Of a stretch of DNA of 64,000 nt, positions 1-12,780 are shown in pieces. Numbering within the stretch: position 1 is the first letter of the stretch; each line of letters opens with the position of its first letter. The DNA comes from Pseudovirgaria hyperparasitica (taxonomy: Eukaryota), in assembly GCA_010093815.1 (NCBI GenBank), contig ML996568.1. The stretch is one strand, 5' to 3'. Under the pieces are notes generated by a model. That model made no database searches, was not told where the DNA came from, and worked only from the letters and a program-made list of their open reading frames with translations. Made by a program: the position numbers and the translations under genes.

Positions 1-746
1 CGAAAGCTTGTGCAGCATGTCGTTCATCACTTTCGTCGATGGCACCTTTCAATACATTTACCATGTCAGGAACTAAGGCCTGAAAATTGGCAATGGATGC
101 TTCATCTTCTTCTGTATCAATAATTAAGCCGACTTGTGCAAGAGCGAGCATTGTGTTGACTCTAACATCAGCGCTCTCGGGATCTTTTATGGTCTTATTG
201 AAGACACTGAAAAGATCACCCAAATTGTCCGAGAATATATCATTCATAGTCTCGAGAAGTGTGAACAGCACATATACGCCAACCTCTCTGTGCTGTGCTG
301 TTGAGCTAGTCGCCGCTTGTTGGAGAAGACTTGGTAGATCCGCCCATTGACCATCTTCGAGGTCAATTTTTGCTATGGCCGAGATGACTCTTGCAGCGGA
401 GTGTCGCACCAGTGTATTCTCCTCTTTGAGTGTAGACTGTAGCACATGATCTCTTATTTGAGACCTTTGCTCAGCGGGAACCGCATTCCAGTGTTTAGAG
501 ACGAGTTTACGGGACTCAATAGCAGCAAGCTGACGAAGCTCGATCTTGGGGTGAGTAGTGAGGATTTGGATGAGCGCGACGAGGGATTGTGGCGAGGTAT
601 AATAATTTCTGTTCAGACTGGAAGTAGCCGACTTTACTGTCTCAGTATCGGCTGAAAATTCAGTCAGTAACATTCACACAAACGGCGCTTAATAACTCAC
701 GTTGTAACAAGCTCTCGAGCAGCTGGATAAATTGTTGGTCGTCCAT
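1..746 (-). CDS. KAP123: Importin beta-4 / karyopherin Kap123 homolog, 5' part (runs off left edge); exons 746-701, 651-<1
   Basis: Not in the ORF track; I translated it manually: MDDQQFIQLLESLLQ|PDTETVKSATSSLNRNYY...ELRQLAAIESRKLVSKHW...LVRHSAARVISAIAKIDLEDGQWADLP. This is the importin-beta N-terminal domain plus HEAT repeats typical of fungal Kap123. Intron 700-652 has GTGAGT...ACTGAC...CAG. Confidence 0.9.
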
Positions 747-1443
747 CACGTAATTATAGGCACACAGCCAGGATACTCGAGAATCCGTAATGCAGATAAG
801 GTAGGTCTCGAGAAGTATAAATGAAGTGTGTAATCAGGGAGGAGGGAGTGAGTTGGAGGCCAAAATATTGGCCAACACTCCGGGAACTTTTTTTATGGCG
901 GGGAAAATGAAGTCGCTAACAAAATACAAGTGGACCCTCGCGTTAAAGCTACCTTGATTAGCCTCTAGGACAGATTCACGTGTCGAGCTGCGTTGTGCGC
1001 CTCAGGCATTCTCATTACTTTCCATTGACTCTAACACTGACCATAATTGCCGTGGAGACATGATGACCAGAGATTTCGACTCATACTGTTCTCACTTGCG
1101 AACTGTACATTCGCGCGCACTTTGTCACTCATGTTGTGTTTATAGTGCTTCCAGACGTGAGGCTAAGTTTCGACCAATAGGACGACGCAAACTCGATCAA
1201 GCTAAGGCCTTCGCTTGAGAAAAAGGGCAGGCAGGAGTGAATGGGCTTCCATTGCTAAGCATCACCTCAACTTCAACTCACGTCTGAACTTCATCCGACG
1301 TCTCACTTACGGTCGCCCCCCATAATTCGTCTTCCGTGTACCAAACGACCTCACATCACGACCTTCAGCCAGACTACCCGTGAAACACCTCAACTTTACA
1401 GGGTTCTACAGTTTCTCTTCTCCGTGCGCCACCTTTAGTCTAA
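747..1443. promoter_or_regulatory. Bidirectional promoter region between KAP123 (-) and the DUF2433-like gene (+)
   Basis: The two start codons face away from each other ~700 bp apart, with pyrimidine-rich tracts upstream of each. No specific binding site claimed. Confidence 0.55.
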
Positions 1444-3743
1444 ATGGCTTCTGTAAGCAGATTTCCTCGTCGCAATCATCGAAGCTATTGTGGCTCATTT
1501 ATACTCACAGGCACCCACTCAGCCACGCCCGTACAATCAAGCAGCTTACGGGCTACCAAATGGCGGCCTTCAAAGCTCTGCGGTGCCCGGCGCAACTCCT
1601 CTACTGCCAAACCAAGGCCGTGTGATACAGCAAGGCAGCAAAAGGGTACTCTGCATCGCAGATGTTCGAGGTGGCTCAACACGACTTGTTATGAATTGCA
1701 TTCTGCTAACATCGATACAAGGTAACTTGCGATCATTGAATGACCTAGCGAACGAGGCACGCGCCGACTATATTATTCACACCGGCGACTTTGGATTCTA
1801 TGATGACCGTTCGTTAGAACGTATTGCCGAAAAGTAAGTAAATATGTGCCTGCTCGCATATATTCTCTCAAATGTAGATGAACTTGTCTGATTTCTCCAG
1901 GACATTGAAACATGTCGCCCAATACTCTCCATTATTGGCCGAGACCACCAAACGTGCTATCGCGCAAGCTCCATCGACGCCCTCGATAAAAGAGCGCTTC
2001 GGAAGAGATCAGCTACCTCTGTCGGAGCTACCCCAATTTCTGAACAAGACCTACAAACTCAACGTACCAGTATACACTGTATGGGGTGCGTGTGAGGATG
2101 TTCAGGTACTAGAAAAGCTCAGGAGTGGCGAATACAAAATCGATAATCTGCACATCATTGATGAGGCACACTCAAGGCTCCTAGACATTGGCGGCGTAAA
2201 ACTTCGTCTCCTAGGTCTTGGAGGAGCTGTCGTGATGCACAAGCTCTTCGACAATGGAGAAGGTAGAACAACCATCGCTGGAGGACAGGGCACCATGTGG
2301 ACCACACTTCTGCAGATGGGTGAGCTAGTTGACACGGCCAACCGCGTCTATGATCCCACAGAGACCCGTGTCTTTGTCACTCATGCTTCTCCGGCAAGGG
2401 AAGGTCTACTCAACCAACTCTCGGTCACCCTGAAAGCTGACTTTTCTGTGTCTGCTGGTCTTCATTTCCGCTATGGTAGCTCATACAACGAATTCAGCGT
2501 CAATCCCACCCTCGATCATTATAGGGGGAAACTCGCAGCCTCGAAGGCTTCGTTCAGCGATGTTTGGGACACGGTAAAGGCCGAGGTGGAACCAGCCGTT
2601 GCCGAAAGCGAAGCTCAGCAGAGGCTTCTAAACTACGCCATCGACATCATCCATAAGATGCCTAGTATTGCAAATGGCGGCAACCCATTCGGTGGCCCAG
2701 CACCAGGGCCCGCAGCCGGACAAGTGGACGAAAGTGCATTCAAAAACATGTGGAACTTCAACCTTGCGGATGCTGCATACGGTTGGCTCGTACTAGACAT
2801 CGATAATGGCCGTATTGGAACCGAGATGCGTGCCCAAGGCTTCAATTTTTCGCACCGTGGTGGGAAGCATCCCTCGAACGTTTCAGGCCAAAATGCACCT
2901 GCTGCACCTGCTACAAACACTGGAGTTCCAACTGGCGGAAATCTCCCCACACCAAACCAGCAACCTGCGCAACCCCAGGCGAGAGTCGCAGTAGCTCCTG
3001 TTGCAACGCCTCAACAGGCTCCTCGCGCAGCCGCCCAACAGCAACAAGCAAAACCGCCTCAGACCACAGCTTCTCCTGCACCGAAAGAGACAGCAAAGCC
3101 TGCAACACCACAGCCAGCACACACTACCACGACACCATCGAATGCTGGAGCTGAGAAGGCTATTCCAAGCGAAGTCAAGCCCAATGGTACTGCAGGTGCG
3201 GACAAGGGAAGCGCATCTCCTGCACCAAAGGTCGATACTACACCAAAGAAGATATCTAAAGCTTTGTTCATCCGAAACGTCGAGAATCAAGACGAAGTCC
3301 GCAATCTCCTTGCAGATGAAGATAAAGATAAGCTTGAAAAGATCGAGAAGGTAGGTGTGAACTTCGCAGCACACTTCAACACTCATGATGAAATGAATGC
3401 TGCATTCAATCGAGTATCGCAGGAATACAAGAATCATAACAATTTCAAACAAGGTAAGGCAATTGTCGCTATTTTCAAGGATCGCTCCGAGTTCAACAAC
3501 AACAATCCACGCTTCGGAGGTGCGGGCAACTGGCAAGGGAGTACCCGCGGTGGCACCCAAGGAGGTGGTTACCGTAGTGGTGGCGAACGTGCATCAGATA
3601 GCGAATCCGGCCGTGGTCGTGGAAGTTTCCGTGGCCGTGGTCGCGGTGAAGGTCGTGGTGGACGAGGCCGTGGACGAGGAGGATATGGGGGTCAAGGAGA
3701 TCATCCTGCACCTCCGGCACCTGCTGCCGCCGGTGATGCTTAA
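1444..3743 (+). CDS. Conserved fungal metallophosphoesterase-like (DUF2433-type) protein with Pro/Gln/Ala linker, RRM-like segment and C-terminal RGG tail; exons 1444-1452, 1511-1670, 1722-1833, 1901-3743
   Basis: Three canonical introns join ORFs 1490-1837 and 1878-3743 in frame. Motifs CIADVRG, HTGDFG, WGACED, VTHASP and SAGLH sit in calcineurin-like metallophosphoesterase order. The C-terminus has GRGRGSFRGRGRGEGRGGRGRGRGG. The DUF2433 label is from memory of the family. Confidence 0.8.
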
Positions 3744-4630
3744 GGCACGTCGTACCATTCATCCCAAGATACCACTGTCCGACCCTCTTTCCGACGCGTT
3801 TCTTCATTCCACTGGTCCTTCTCAAACCTCGATTTCCATCACAGCTCACAACGGTGCCACTAAATTGCGACAAAATTATCGCCGGATTGCAAGGACTCTT
3901 TTTCTGCGTCCATGTATGATCTGGCCGACAAATTAGGTCGATACAACTTATGACTTTGACAGCTTCTGCAGGAGCCAGAAGAATGATTCGGGCATCTACA
4001 TACGCGTTAAGCGGCCAAGGTTCTTCTGTATTAATCATGCTGGTGCAGCGTTACGGAGACTAAGGGCTTACCGTCATCTCTGTATAATGCTCTCAGGTTT
4101 TATCATGTAATTTAGCGAAGATCGAAAACGGGTCAGGAGATAGAGTTGAAGACCCATTCCTACATAGCTCAAGTACTTACTTTCGTGGCCGAGGATGATC
4201 TAAAGTGTTTGCCTCGCAGTAGACAGACAGAAACAGCGACATTAAGGAGAAGTACTCACTAGCCGCCTTATGAGCTAGACTAGAATCCTATTCGAAACCT
4301 AGGTAATTACTGTATGGAAGAACCCCCACCGCTCCGTATACCCTGCCTGTTAGTGGCCAGGTTATAGCCTAACCTAAAATGTGGCGTCCGCATGACGTTT
4401 ACCTGCTAGGAGCTACCGCGTAGGTCGCGTCACTTATACCCAGAAGCAGGCATCACAGTGCTGACCTATACCTACATTATCACTACAGACTCTTGTCCAG
4501 CCAACCCCTCCAGCAACCAGGCGGTTATTTCTCATCACCACAAACTCAGCCTAATTACATCAACGTCGCCTCGTCATCTCTCGCCAATGCAGACCTCCGC
4601 CGGCTAGAAGCTTGAGTCCAAAGAACAGCC

Positions 4631-7600
4631 ATGAGATGGAATGCACAGTCGTGGTGGCGCCTAACAGCCCTGCTACTCAGCTCTCTCTATACGATTGACG
4701 CCGTAGAGCCTGGCTGGACGAAGAAGCATGAGGAGGGCCGTTGTGCCATTCGTGGACACTGTGGAAAGGAAAGCTGGCTCGGCGCCGAAATACCTTGTGT
4801 AGACAATGGCTTCGCTGAACGACCTGACGATGATGCCCGGGACAAACTTGTCGCTCTCTGTGGCGAAGAATGGGCAGACACAGACGTTTGTTGTTCGTCT
4901 GGCCAGGTTCGTTAAGTCTTATCACGCAGTCTATGATATCTAACCTCTGCAGATCGATGACATGGCGGCCAATTTCGGAAGAGTCAACGCATTCGTCGCA
5001 GGATGCCCTGCCTGCAAAAAGAACTTCTACAATCTCTTCTGCACCTTCACCTGCTCGCCTGATCAGTCTACGTTCGTCAATGTTACGGAAATTGCACCCT
5101 ATAAAAACACTTTTCGGTCCATGGCAGTTGACGTTTTGATCACTGACAAATTTGGAACTGGCTTCTACGACAGCTGTAAAGATGTGAAATTTGGTCCGAC
5201 AAACAATAATGCCATGGCTCTCATCGGTGGTGGCGCGCACAACTTCACAGAATTTTTCAAGTTTTTGGGCAAGAAGCAACCTCCTTTCCACAGCCCATTC
5301 CAGATCGACTTCCCTCGTTCAGATGAGAAGAAGTTTTCTGGCATGAAATTTAATGATCCCATCGTTAGGGCGTGTAATGACCACGATCCAGCTTATCGGT
5401 GCGCCTGTGTGGATTGCCCTAAATCCTGCACTGAGCTTCCTGAGGTGACCGAACAAGACGCTTGTACAGTGGGGTTACTGCATTGTTTCTCATTTGCTGT
5501 AGTATTGGTTTACTCTATCTTCGTCGCGCTTCTGGTCATCGCTGTCTCCGGACACGTTGCATATCAGAGTCATTCGAAGCAAAAGAATGAACGCCTTCGC
5601 TTAATTCGGGATATTGAGCCCAGCGAAGACGATGAAGGAGACATCTTTCACCATACACCAGTGCTTGAGAGGCCAACCGAGCAATACTTTCTGAATACCA
5701 TATTCGATAGGATATTCTACAGACTAGGCCTCGTTTGTGCCCAGTTCCCTGGCATCACTATAGGCTCCACTGTCGTATTCGTGGGATTGTTGAGTTTGGG
5801 ATGGGTCCGTTTCGCTGTTGAAAAAGATCCCGTGAAACTATGGGTTGCGCCTAACTCTGCTGCTGCTGTAGAGAAACAATACTTCGACAAAAACTTTGGG
5901 CCATTCTTCCGTGCTGAACAGGCTTTTCTCGTTAACGATACACAAGGTTCTCGCGGCCCGGTCTTGGACTACGAAACCTTGGCGTGGTGGTTTGATGTGG
6001 AAAACCGTATACAGCGCTTCAAGTCTGAAAAGGAGGGGGTCACATTGAAAGACGTCTGCTTCAATCCCACAGGCGCGGGGTGTGCCGTCCAATCTGTCAC
6101 AGGTTACTTCCAAGGAGATTTTTCACTGGTAGATCCAGACACTTGGTACCAACATATAGAGGATTGTGCCAAGAACGCTTTCGAAGACAGCTGTCGCCCT
6201 CGTTCTAATCAGCCGCTGGAACCACACCTTATATTTGGTGACTATGGGGATAGCGTCCTCGATTCCACCGCACTCGTGGTGACATGGGTTGTGAATAATA
6301 ACGAGGAAGGGAGCGACGAAGCTGAGACAGCTGCAGACTGGGAAGCAGGTCTACAGAATGCGTTGATCAACGCTCAACGCGAGGCAAAGGAGCGTGGGCT
6401 TCGGCTGTCCTTCAACACGGAGATAAGCTTGGAGCAGGAGCTCAATAAATCATCGAACACGGATGCCAGAATCGTAGTGATCAGCTACGTGATCATGTTT
6501 CTTTATGCCTCACTATCTTTGGGGTCCACGACATTGACTGCCAAGACAATCCTGCGCAACCCATCATCAGCCCTAGTTCAGTCGAAATTTATGCTTGGAA
6601 TCTTTGGGATCATTATCGTACTGATGTCCGTATCTGCATCGGTTGGACTCTTCTCTGCAGCTGGTATCAAAGTCACACTGATTATTGCGGAAGTCATCCC
6701 GTTCCTCGTGCTGGCTGTAGGAGTTGATAACATCTTCCTCATCGTCCATGAATTTGAACGAGTCAACATAAGCAGCCCAGAAGCACCGATCCCAGAACGA
6801 GTTGCCCGGGCTCTTGGCCGTATGGGTCCGAGCATTCTGTTTTCAGCCACCGCAGAGACAGCTGCTTTTGCCCTTGGGACTGCGGTTGGTATGCCTGCAG
6901 TACGTAACTTTGCGGCTTACGCAGCAGGTGCTGTGTTCATTAATGCTCTTCTTCAAGTTACGATGTTCATCGCCGTCCTGTCTCTCAATCAGAAGAGAGT
7001 GGAGGATAGCAGGATCGACTGTTTCCCCTGTTTGAAGGTTCGGCGATCGAACATGTCATCTGATGGCACAATGGTCTTTGGGATAGACGAAGAAGGGAGT
7101 CTTCAAAAGTTCATCCGCCGATCATACGCGCCAACACTCCTTGGGAAGAAGGTTAAAGTTGCAATTGTCGCCATCTTTCTTGGCTTATTCACTGCTGGTC
7201 TGGCACTTTTGCCCCATGTTCAACTTGGACTAGAGCAGCGCGATGCTCTTCCGAGCGGGTCTTATCTCATCGACTATTTCGATGATGTTGCGGAATATCT
7301 GGGTGTCGGGCCCCCGGTCTATTTTATCGCCCGCAACCTAGATGTCGCAGAACATGGTCACCAAATAGAAGTTTGTGGACGCTTTGGTGCGTGCGATGAA
7401 TTTTCCCTGGCAAACATACTCGAGGGCGAACGCAAACGTCCTGAAATTTCATATATTGCAACAGCCACGGCCAGCTGGATAGACGATTTCTTCGCATGGC
7501 TAAACCCAGCTCTGGACTGTTGTCATGAGCATGACGGCGATACCGAGACCTGCTTCGCAGATCGCAATCCCCCGTGGAGCCCAAGTTTGGTAGGCATGCC

Positions 7601-8557
7601 AGAAGGAGAAGAATTCGTTCACTACCTCACGAAATGGCTACATGCTACGAGTGATGTAAACTGTCCTTTGGGAGGCAAAGCAGCCTATAGTGACGCTGTC
7701 GTTGTGGACAACGCAACCCACAGCATTTCCGCAAGCCATTTCCGCACTTCTCATACACCTCTTCGCACTCAAGAAGACTTCATTAACTCATACGCAGCCG
7801 CTCGGCGTATTGCTGACGACATTGGTCGAAGCACATCGAGTGAGATATTTCCTTACTCGAAACATTACATTTTCTTCGACCAATACGCTTCGATAGTACA
7901 CCTGTCCACAGCCCTCATCGGGTCGGCGCTGGCGATCATTCTGCTCGTATCGGCAATCCTTCTTGGCTCTCTGCGAACTGCGATTGTCGTTACTATTACT
8001 GTCGGTATGACTGTCGTTGACATCATTGGTACGATGTCGCTCGCTGGTGTGTCTCTTAATGCGGTTTCTCTCGTGAATCTCATCATATGCGTGGGTATTA
8101 GCGTCGAATTCTGCGCTCATATCGCCCGCGCCTTCACCTTCCCAAGCAGCGCGGTAATGGAACGTGCACCACGGAATCGCTTCAAAGCAAAAGAAGTGAG
8201 AGCCTGGACAGCTCTGGTCAACGTCGGCGGCAGTGTGTTTAGCGGCATAACAATAACGAAGCTGCTTGGTGTCTGCGTTCTAGCATTTACTAGAAGCAAG
8301 ATCTTTGAGATCTATTACTTCCGGGTTTGGCTGGCACTTGTACTTTGGGCAGCATCACACGCGCTGATATTCTTGCCAGTCATGCTGAGCATTTTTGGTG
8401 GCAAAGGTAGGTCGTATCTCACATAAACAAGCTAAGGAAAAGCTAACATCATCTAGGATTCTCCGACCCAGAGTCCGACGGTGGGTTGGAGCAAGATCTC
8501 AGGAATAGGCGGTACCGTCCGTTGCTTGCAGCTGAGGATTACGACTCTGACGATTGA
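4631..8557 (+). CDS. NCR1: Niemann-Pick C1-like sterol transporter (Ncr1); exons 4631-4906, 4953-8406, 8457-8557
   Basis: Signal peptide, Cys-rich NPC1 N-terminal domain (CAIRGHCG...CPACKKNFYNLFCTFTCSPDQSTF), sterol-sensing domain (EVIPFLVLAVGVDNIF), SLNAVSLVNL and GISVEFCAHI. Introns 4907-4952 and 8407-8456 are canonical. The last exon ends ...PLLAAEDYDSDD*. Confidence 0.95.
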
Positions 8558-8811
8558 ATGGCTATGACGGTGGGAGCTCATAGGCTTGTTTGACATGGAC
8601 AATCCTGAACAAGCAATCGTAAACGACGGCCCAGGCATCTCATTATGCTGTAACGCTTTATCGCGCTGTAGGCATCAATAGTATAATCATTTACAAACAC
8701 TGCATAAGCTTGTCGACTTTTTCAATGTCGCTTCTAAAGGGTTTATTGCCTGGCTAATCCACCAGGTCAGCTCCACACGTGTCTGAGCGTAATTACCTCT
8801 TTCTTGCTTAA

Positions 8812-9237
8812 AAGCTGTCACTCCAAGCATGCGTACACGCGTGTGTTCTCTCTCTTGGAGGTCTACTAAACTTCTTAACCTTACTCATATAAGACTAGAT
8901 ATGATAATATATATATCGACTTAGAATAAGATAGCATAACTATATATATGTTGATCTTTGAACACTCTAGTTTAGCTTATTACAACAGAGATCAATATTG
9001 AAAAAAGTTGTCTAAGAGCGAGAGAAGAAAAGATAACAGTATACTTCTGATATACACTACCTCTCTGGAAACTAATTTTTCTTCAAGATATTCTTCTCTT
9101 TCTTCTTAAGTTTACATCTTCTGAAGAATTCTCAAGCTTATAGAAGTATTTTTATATACTAAGTACTATATATAAAAAACTCTAGTTGTGACACAGGGAT
9201 GAATACACGCATGTACGGGTGCCAAGAATGACAGCTT
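8812..9237. mobile_element. 426-bp non-autonomous TIR element (PIF/Harbinger-Tourist-like MITE), RIP-like degenerate
   Basis: Perfect 9-bp terminal inverted repeat AAGCTGTCA (8812-8820) / TGACAGCTT (9229-9237), extending imperfectly to ~37 bp (8 mismatches, mostly transitions). Flanked on both sides by direct TAA (8809-8811, 9238-9240). The interior is extremely AT/TpA-rich with no ORF. Confidence 0.75.
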
Positions 9238-9529
9238 TAACGCAACAAGGTTACTGAGCCACACTCATCTACTATCAACCTCACATCGTTGACGAACTCT
9301 TACAGTCATTCTCCGCCAACATTTCACATCCCCTGCTCTACGCCCATACAAGAATCCTTCCGTTCAACATATCTACCCGCGCTCGTCAAGCGACAAATCT
9401 ACAGGTATGGCTTTCCCGAATGCGACCTAAACCACGCAATACTGAATACCATTCCAAGTCCCCCAGAGCCTCGGCCTTTTAGTACCTCCGCACAAGCCCT
9501 TCGTCAGACTCCGCTTCCTTGCAGTAATC

Positions 9530-9658
9530 ATGCCTGAGTCCATCAAACCAGCCTCCACCTCGACCGCGTCCATTACCAAGATCAAGACACCGGTAAAACT
9601 GCCATGCTACTGTGGCGACGACTGCCAGTGCTGCGTCATTCCCTGCACTATTATGTGA
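9530..9658 (+). CDS. 42-aa Cys-rich micropeptide ending in a CAAX box (MPESIKPASTSTASITKIKTPVKLPCYCGDDCQCCVIPCTIM*); candidate prenylated lipopeptide / a-factor-like pheromone precursor
   Basis: Manual translation; below the ORF-track cut-off. Good start context (AATCATG), C-ending codon bias, pyrimidine-rich leader with a possible 5'UTR intron donor GTATGG at 9405. Terminal CTIM is followed directly by TGA. Confidence 0.65.
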   Translation: MPESIKPASTSTASITKIKTPVKLPCYCGDDCQCCVIPCTIM

Positions 9659-12600
9659 AAGGTGAAGTGGATGAAGGTTGCGGCATGGTTAGGAGGAGAA
9701 GTAATGTCAAGTTCTGGTTGCAACGTCAGGATTTACGATGAGCGGAGAAGTATGAAGGGACGGGAGCGTACGAGAAACGCAGCCTGTCCGCTTGAAGTCA
9801 GCCGACAACGGTTGATGGCACTTTGACGACGCGATCGTGGATAGCCTAGGTATAAACAAATTTACATTGTTGTCTCTGTGGTATCAGATAAGGTGCTGCT
9901 ACGTCGGTCTTGCCTATGCATCTACTCTCGAGCCGTAACACGCTGCTACGACGGATACAACTGCATGGCGCTATCTGACCGGCGTGATAGTCGGTCAATT
10001 TCATATCTCGCATGGCCCACCAAACACATTCATATCAGCAAGAGCAGACTTCAAGCCACTTTGTACGCCTCGTGACCTGTACCTGCCGCCTCCCTACGAA
10101 AAGAGAGAGCGTTGAGATATAAGAAGCGACCTCGCTTGGTTTGTCTTCACATCTATTGCGATGTAGCCCGAAACATGGACTGGTGCGTGGGTATTCTTTA
10201 CGGTTCGCGGGGTGGGGCTTGTGTAGTGTAGAGCGAGCTTGGTATAGGATGCTTAGAAGAGTAAATACGAGCTTTGGTGGTATGCATTAGGGTATGTTCC
10301 GCTAGGTGTGGTATGTCAGAGTAAGAATACAGGAATTAGCCGATCTATATCATTGATATGTGTTGAGCTATGAAGAAATTATGTACGATGGCCTAAATAG
10401 CGTACATCGGTTGATTTGACGGGTGAGGCCATACTCTCCTGTTAGGATTTATTTGAGCGTAAAGCCCGTCAGTCCATATTGAAATCATGAGGTTCGCGTG
10501 ATTTTGAGCTCTAAGGGTGAGTTTTTCCGAATTGTGCAATCGTGGGAATGCTTGGATATCCACTGACTGGACTTATTTCTGCTCTCTCGGATCGGATACC
10601 GTGCAGTCTCAAGAATACATACGAAGACCTAGTATACCACTGCTCGATACATGTCCAACAGTAAAATAATATCTCCCGTGTTATCTCACCAAAGTAAATC
10701 ACTCAATTCAACGTGTATCCACAGACCTTCTCCTATCCCCCACATACAATATCCTTCCCATCATTTCCGCTTCTACTGAGAAAACCATAACCATAGCCAA
10801 CGTCTCAATCAATCGTCTTGTCAAGAAAGCGATTGACAAAAACAAGATCTAGGCAGATGCATATGAATACTCATTGCTCAAAAGGATGATGAGTGAGAGG
10901 CTGAGAGTGGTAGTCTACTATATCTTCACTTGGCCGTATAACGCATACCATTACTATGATAGACGCCGGTGCACGTATTATAACGGTTGGTATTACTACA
11001 TTAACCAAAGGGATAGTGGGGAGTTTTAGGGGGAATTTGGAGGCGGGGGTCCACAAAGTATATGGATGTAGGATCAAAGATGATTAGTGATTGCCAGGCT
11101 ATTCAACGCAGTCAGATACAGATGAGCTTTTTTTTAGGTAGCAACAACACTAGAAGAGATAGCGTTGTAGTGTTGAATGCGTCTTTGCGTTCCTTCACAG
11201 CCAGATAGCCATTACAGTTTTCTTACGAGCGGATTGGCAGTTGTGCTACGTCCCGCACAGGTAACCATCTCAAAAATTGGCCCTAATCAATATAGTGTGT
11301 TGATGTAGGAAGATCATCTAGTACGGCTTGAAGAGCGGCTAGAAGTCACACGAACAGAAGCACGAGAGACTGAGTTACTTGCAGGCTCTTCATGAATAGA
11401 GGAGAACGCTTCGATATAAGCGGTCATAGTGGTCGGTGAGGCTTTTGATAGAAGCCATCAAGCCTCTTTTCGCCACACAAAATGATAAACTTTCAGGATA
11501 TCCACGGTATATGATTGAAGTCAATACTCAGTCTGGAAACCACGACAACAACCCAGTAACAGGCAGGTACTGTTCAAGGTAAGCACCGGGTTGCAATAAT
11601 TAGATATAGAGTAATGAAGAACTAACAAATATGTAAGCTTGAGTTAAGTTCGACCCTAGTATGGTGCCATCCATATAATTATTCTTGCTTGTTCAGGCGG
11701 TTGGAGAAATGGAGGTAGATGCATTGCGAATCGTCGTTGGAGATTTAAGAAGTCGGAGTTAAGCTCCGTCTCCGCGGGCGAGGTCGGAACGGGCGTTGAG
11801 CCAGCGACACGTCCGCCGTTCGCTGAGTCAAGTTGAAAACATCAGGGCTTACGAGAGCAGAATCGCGCAGCGACTCAATGCATAATATATCTTAGTGGGA
11901 TATTGCAATTAGCAGATCTGCATATCATATCACACTGGAATGAAGTGACCCCAAGCCTACAGAGTCACCGCTTCGGTTGCGGATTCATGGGAGACTGTCA
12001 GGACCATTGTGGATCTATCAGTCTTTCATATAAGTCGCGCTGAAGCCTGAAGAGGTATAGATCTACCAATCATGTTTGCTCAGTTCTCGCGCACGGTCAC
12101 TGGTGGTAGGTATACGATCAGTAGCTGATTAGGCCTCGGCGTTAAGCTGCGATTTATCGATACACTTTGTTTGACACCTTACAATTGCTTACTATAATAA
12201 GTGATGCTAGCATGCACGCTTTGGCTCTGCCCGCTCGCAGATATGTTGACGAGGTTAAAGTGTGGCTGATCCTTTATATGCATAATTATGCATGCCAAAC
12301 GTAGACTTGCTTGCCTCTACGACAGTGGCTGTGCCGAGGCTTCATGTTCCAACGAGCCCATGATCAAGCATGAGGTGCGAATGCAGAGATGCATTATAAG
12401 CTTGCTCACATGGTGATCTACATGGGCATAGGCTAGTTCTGTGTTATTCCTGGCATGGCGCTGGAATTGGGTCAAGCTGAAACGGGGGCCGTAACCAGCT
12501 GAGGGACAGCAACAGTCCGTCTATCTTCAGTAGCATCCATGATTCATCATCATCATCTCGCACTAGAATCCCTACGGCCTTCTTTCCAGCTCAGCGACTA

Positions 12601-12780
12601 CATGGGGCCTTGGCCAAGGTAGCTCATGATTCGTTAGACCCATCGTTTATCTAGCTCTCATAATATCATATCCATCGTACGCTTTCAGCCTCGCCCAATC
12701 CTTCATCTCTCGCTTGTCAATGTGGCTTGACCGTGGCCGTAAGCTTCACCTCATACCTTGAGATCGCCTTCAACTCTGGA

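Noticed and set aside
10155..10211. Second tiny Cys-ending ORF (MDWCVGILYGSRGGACVV*) near the CAAX peptide
   Set aside because: Ends C-V-V-stop, one residue short of a CaaX box; no other support.
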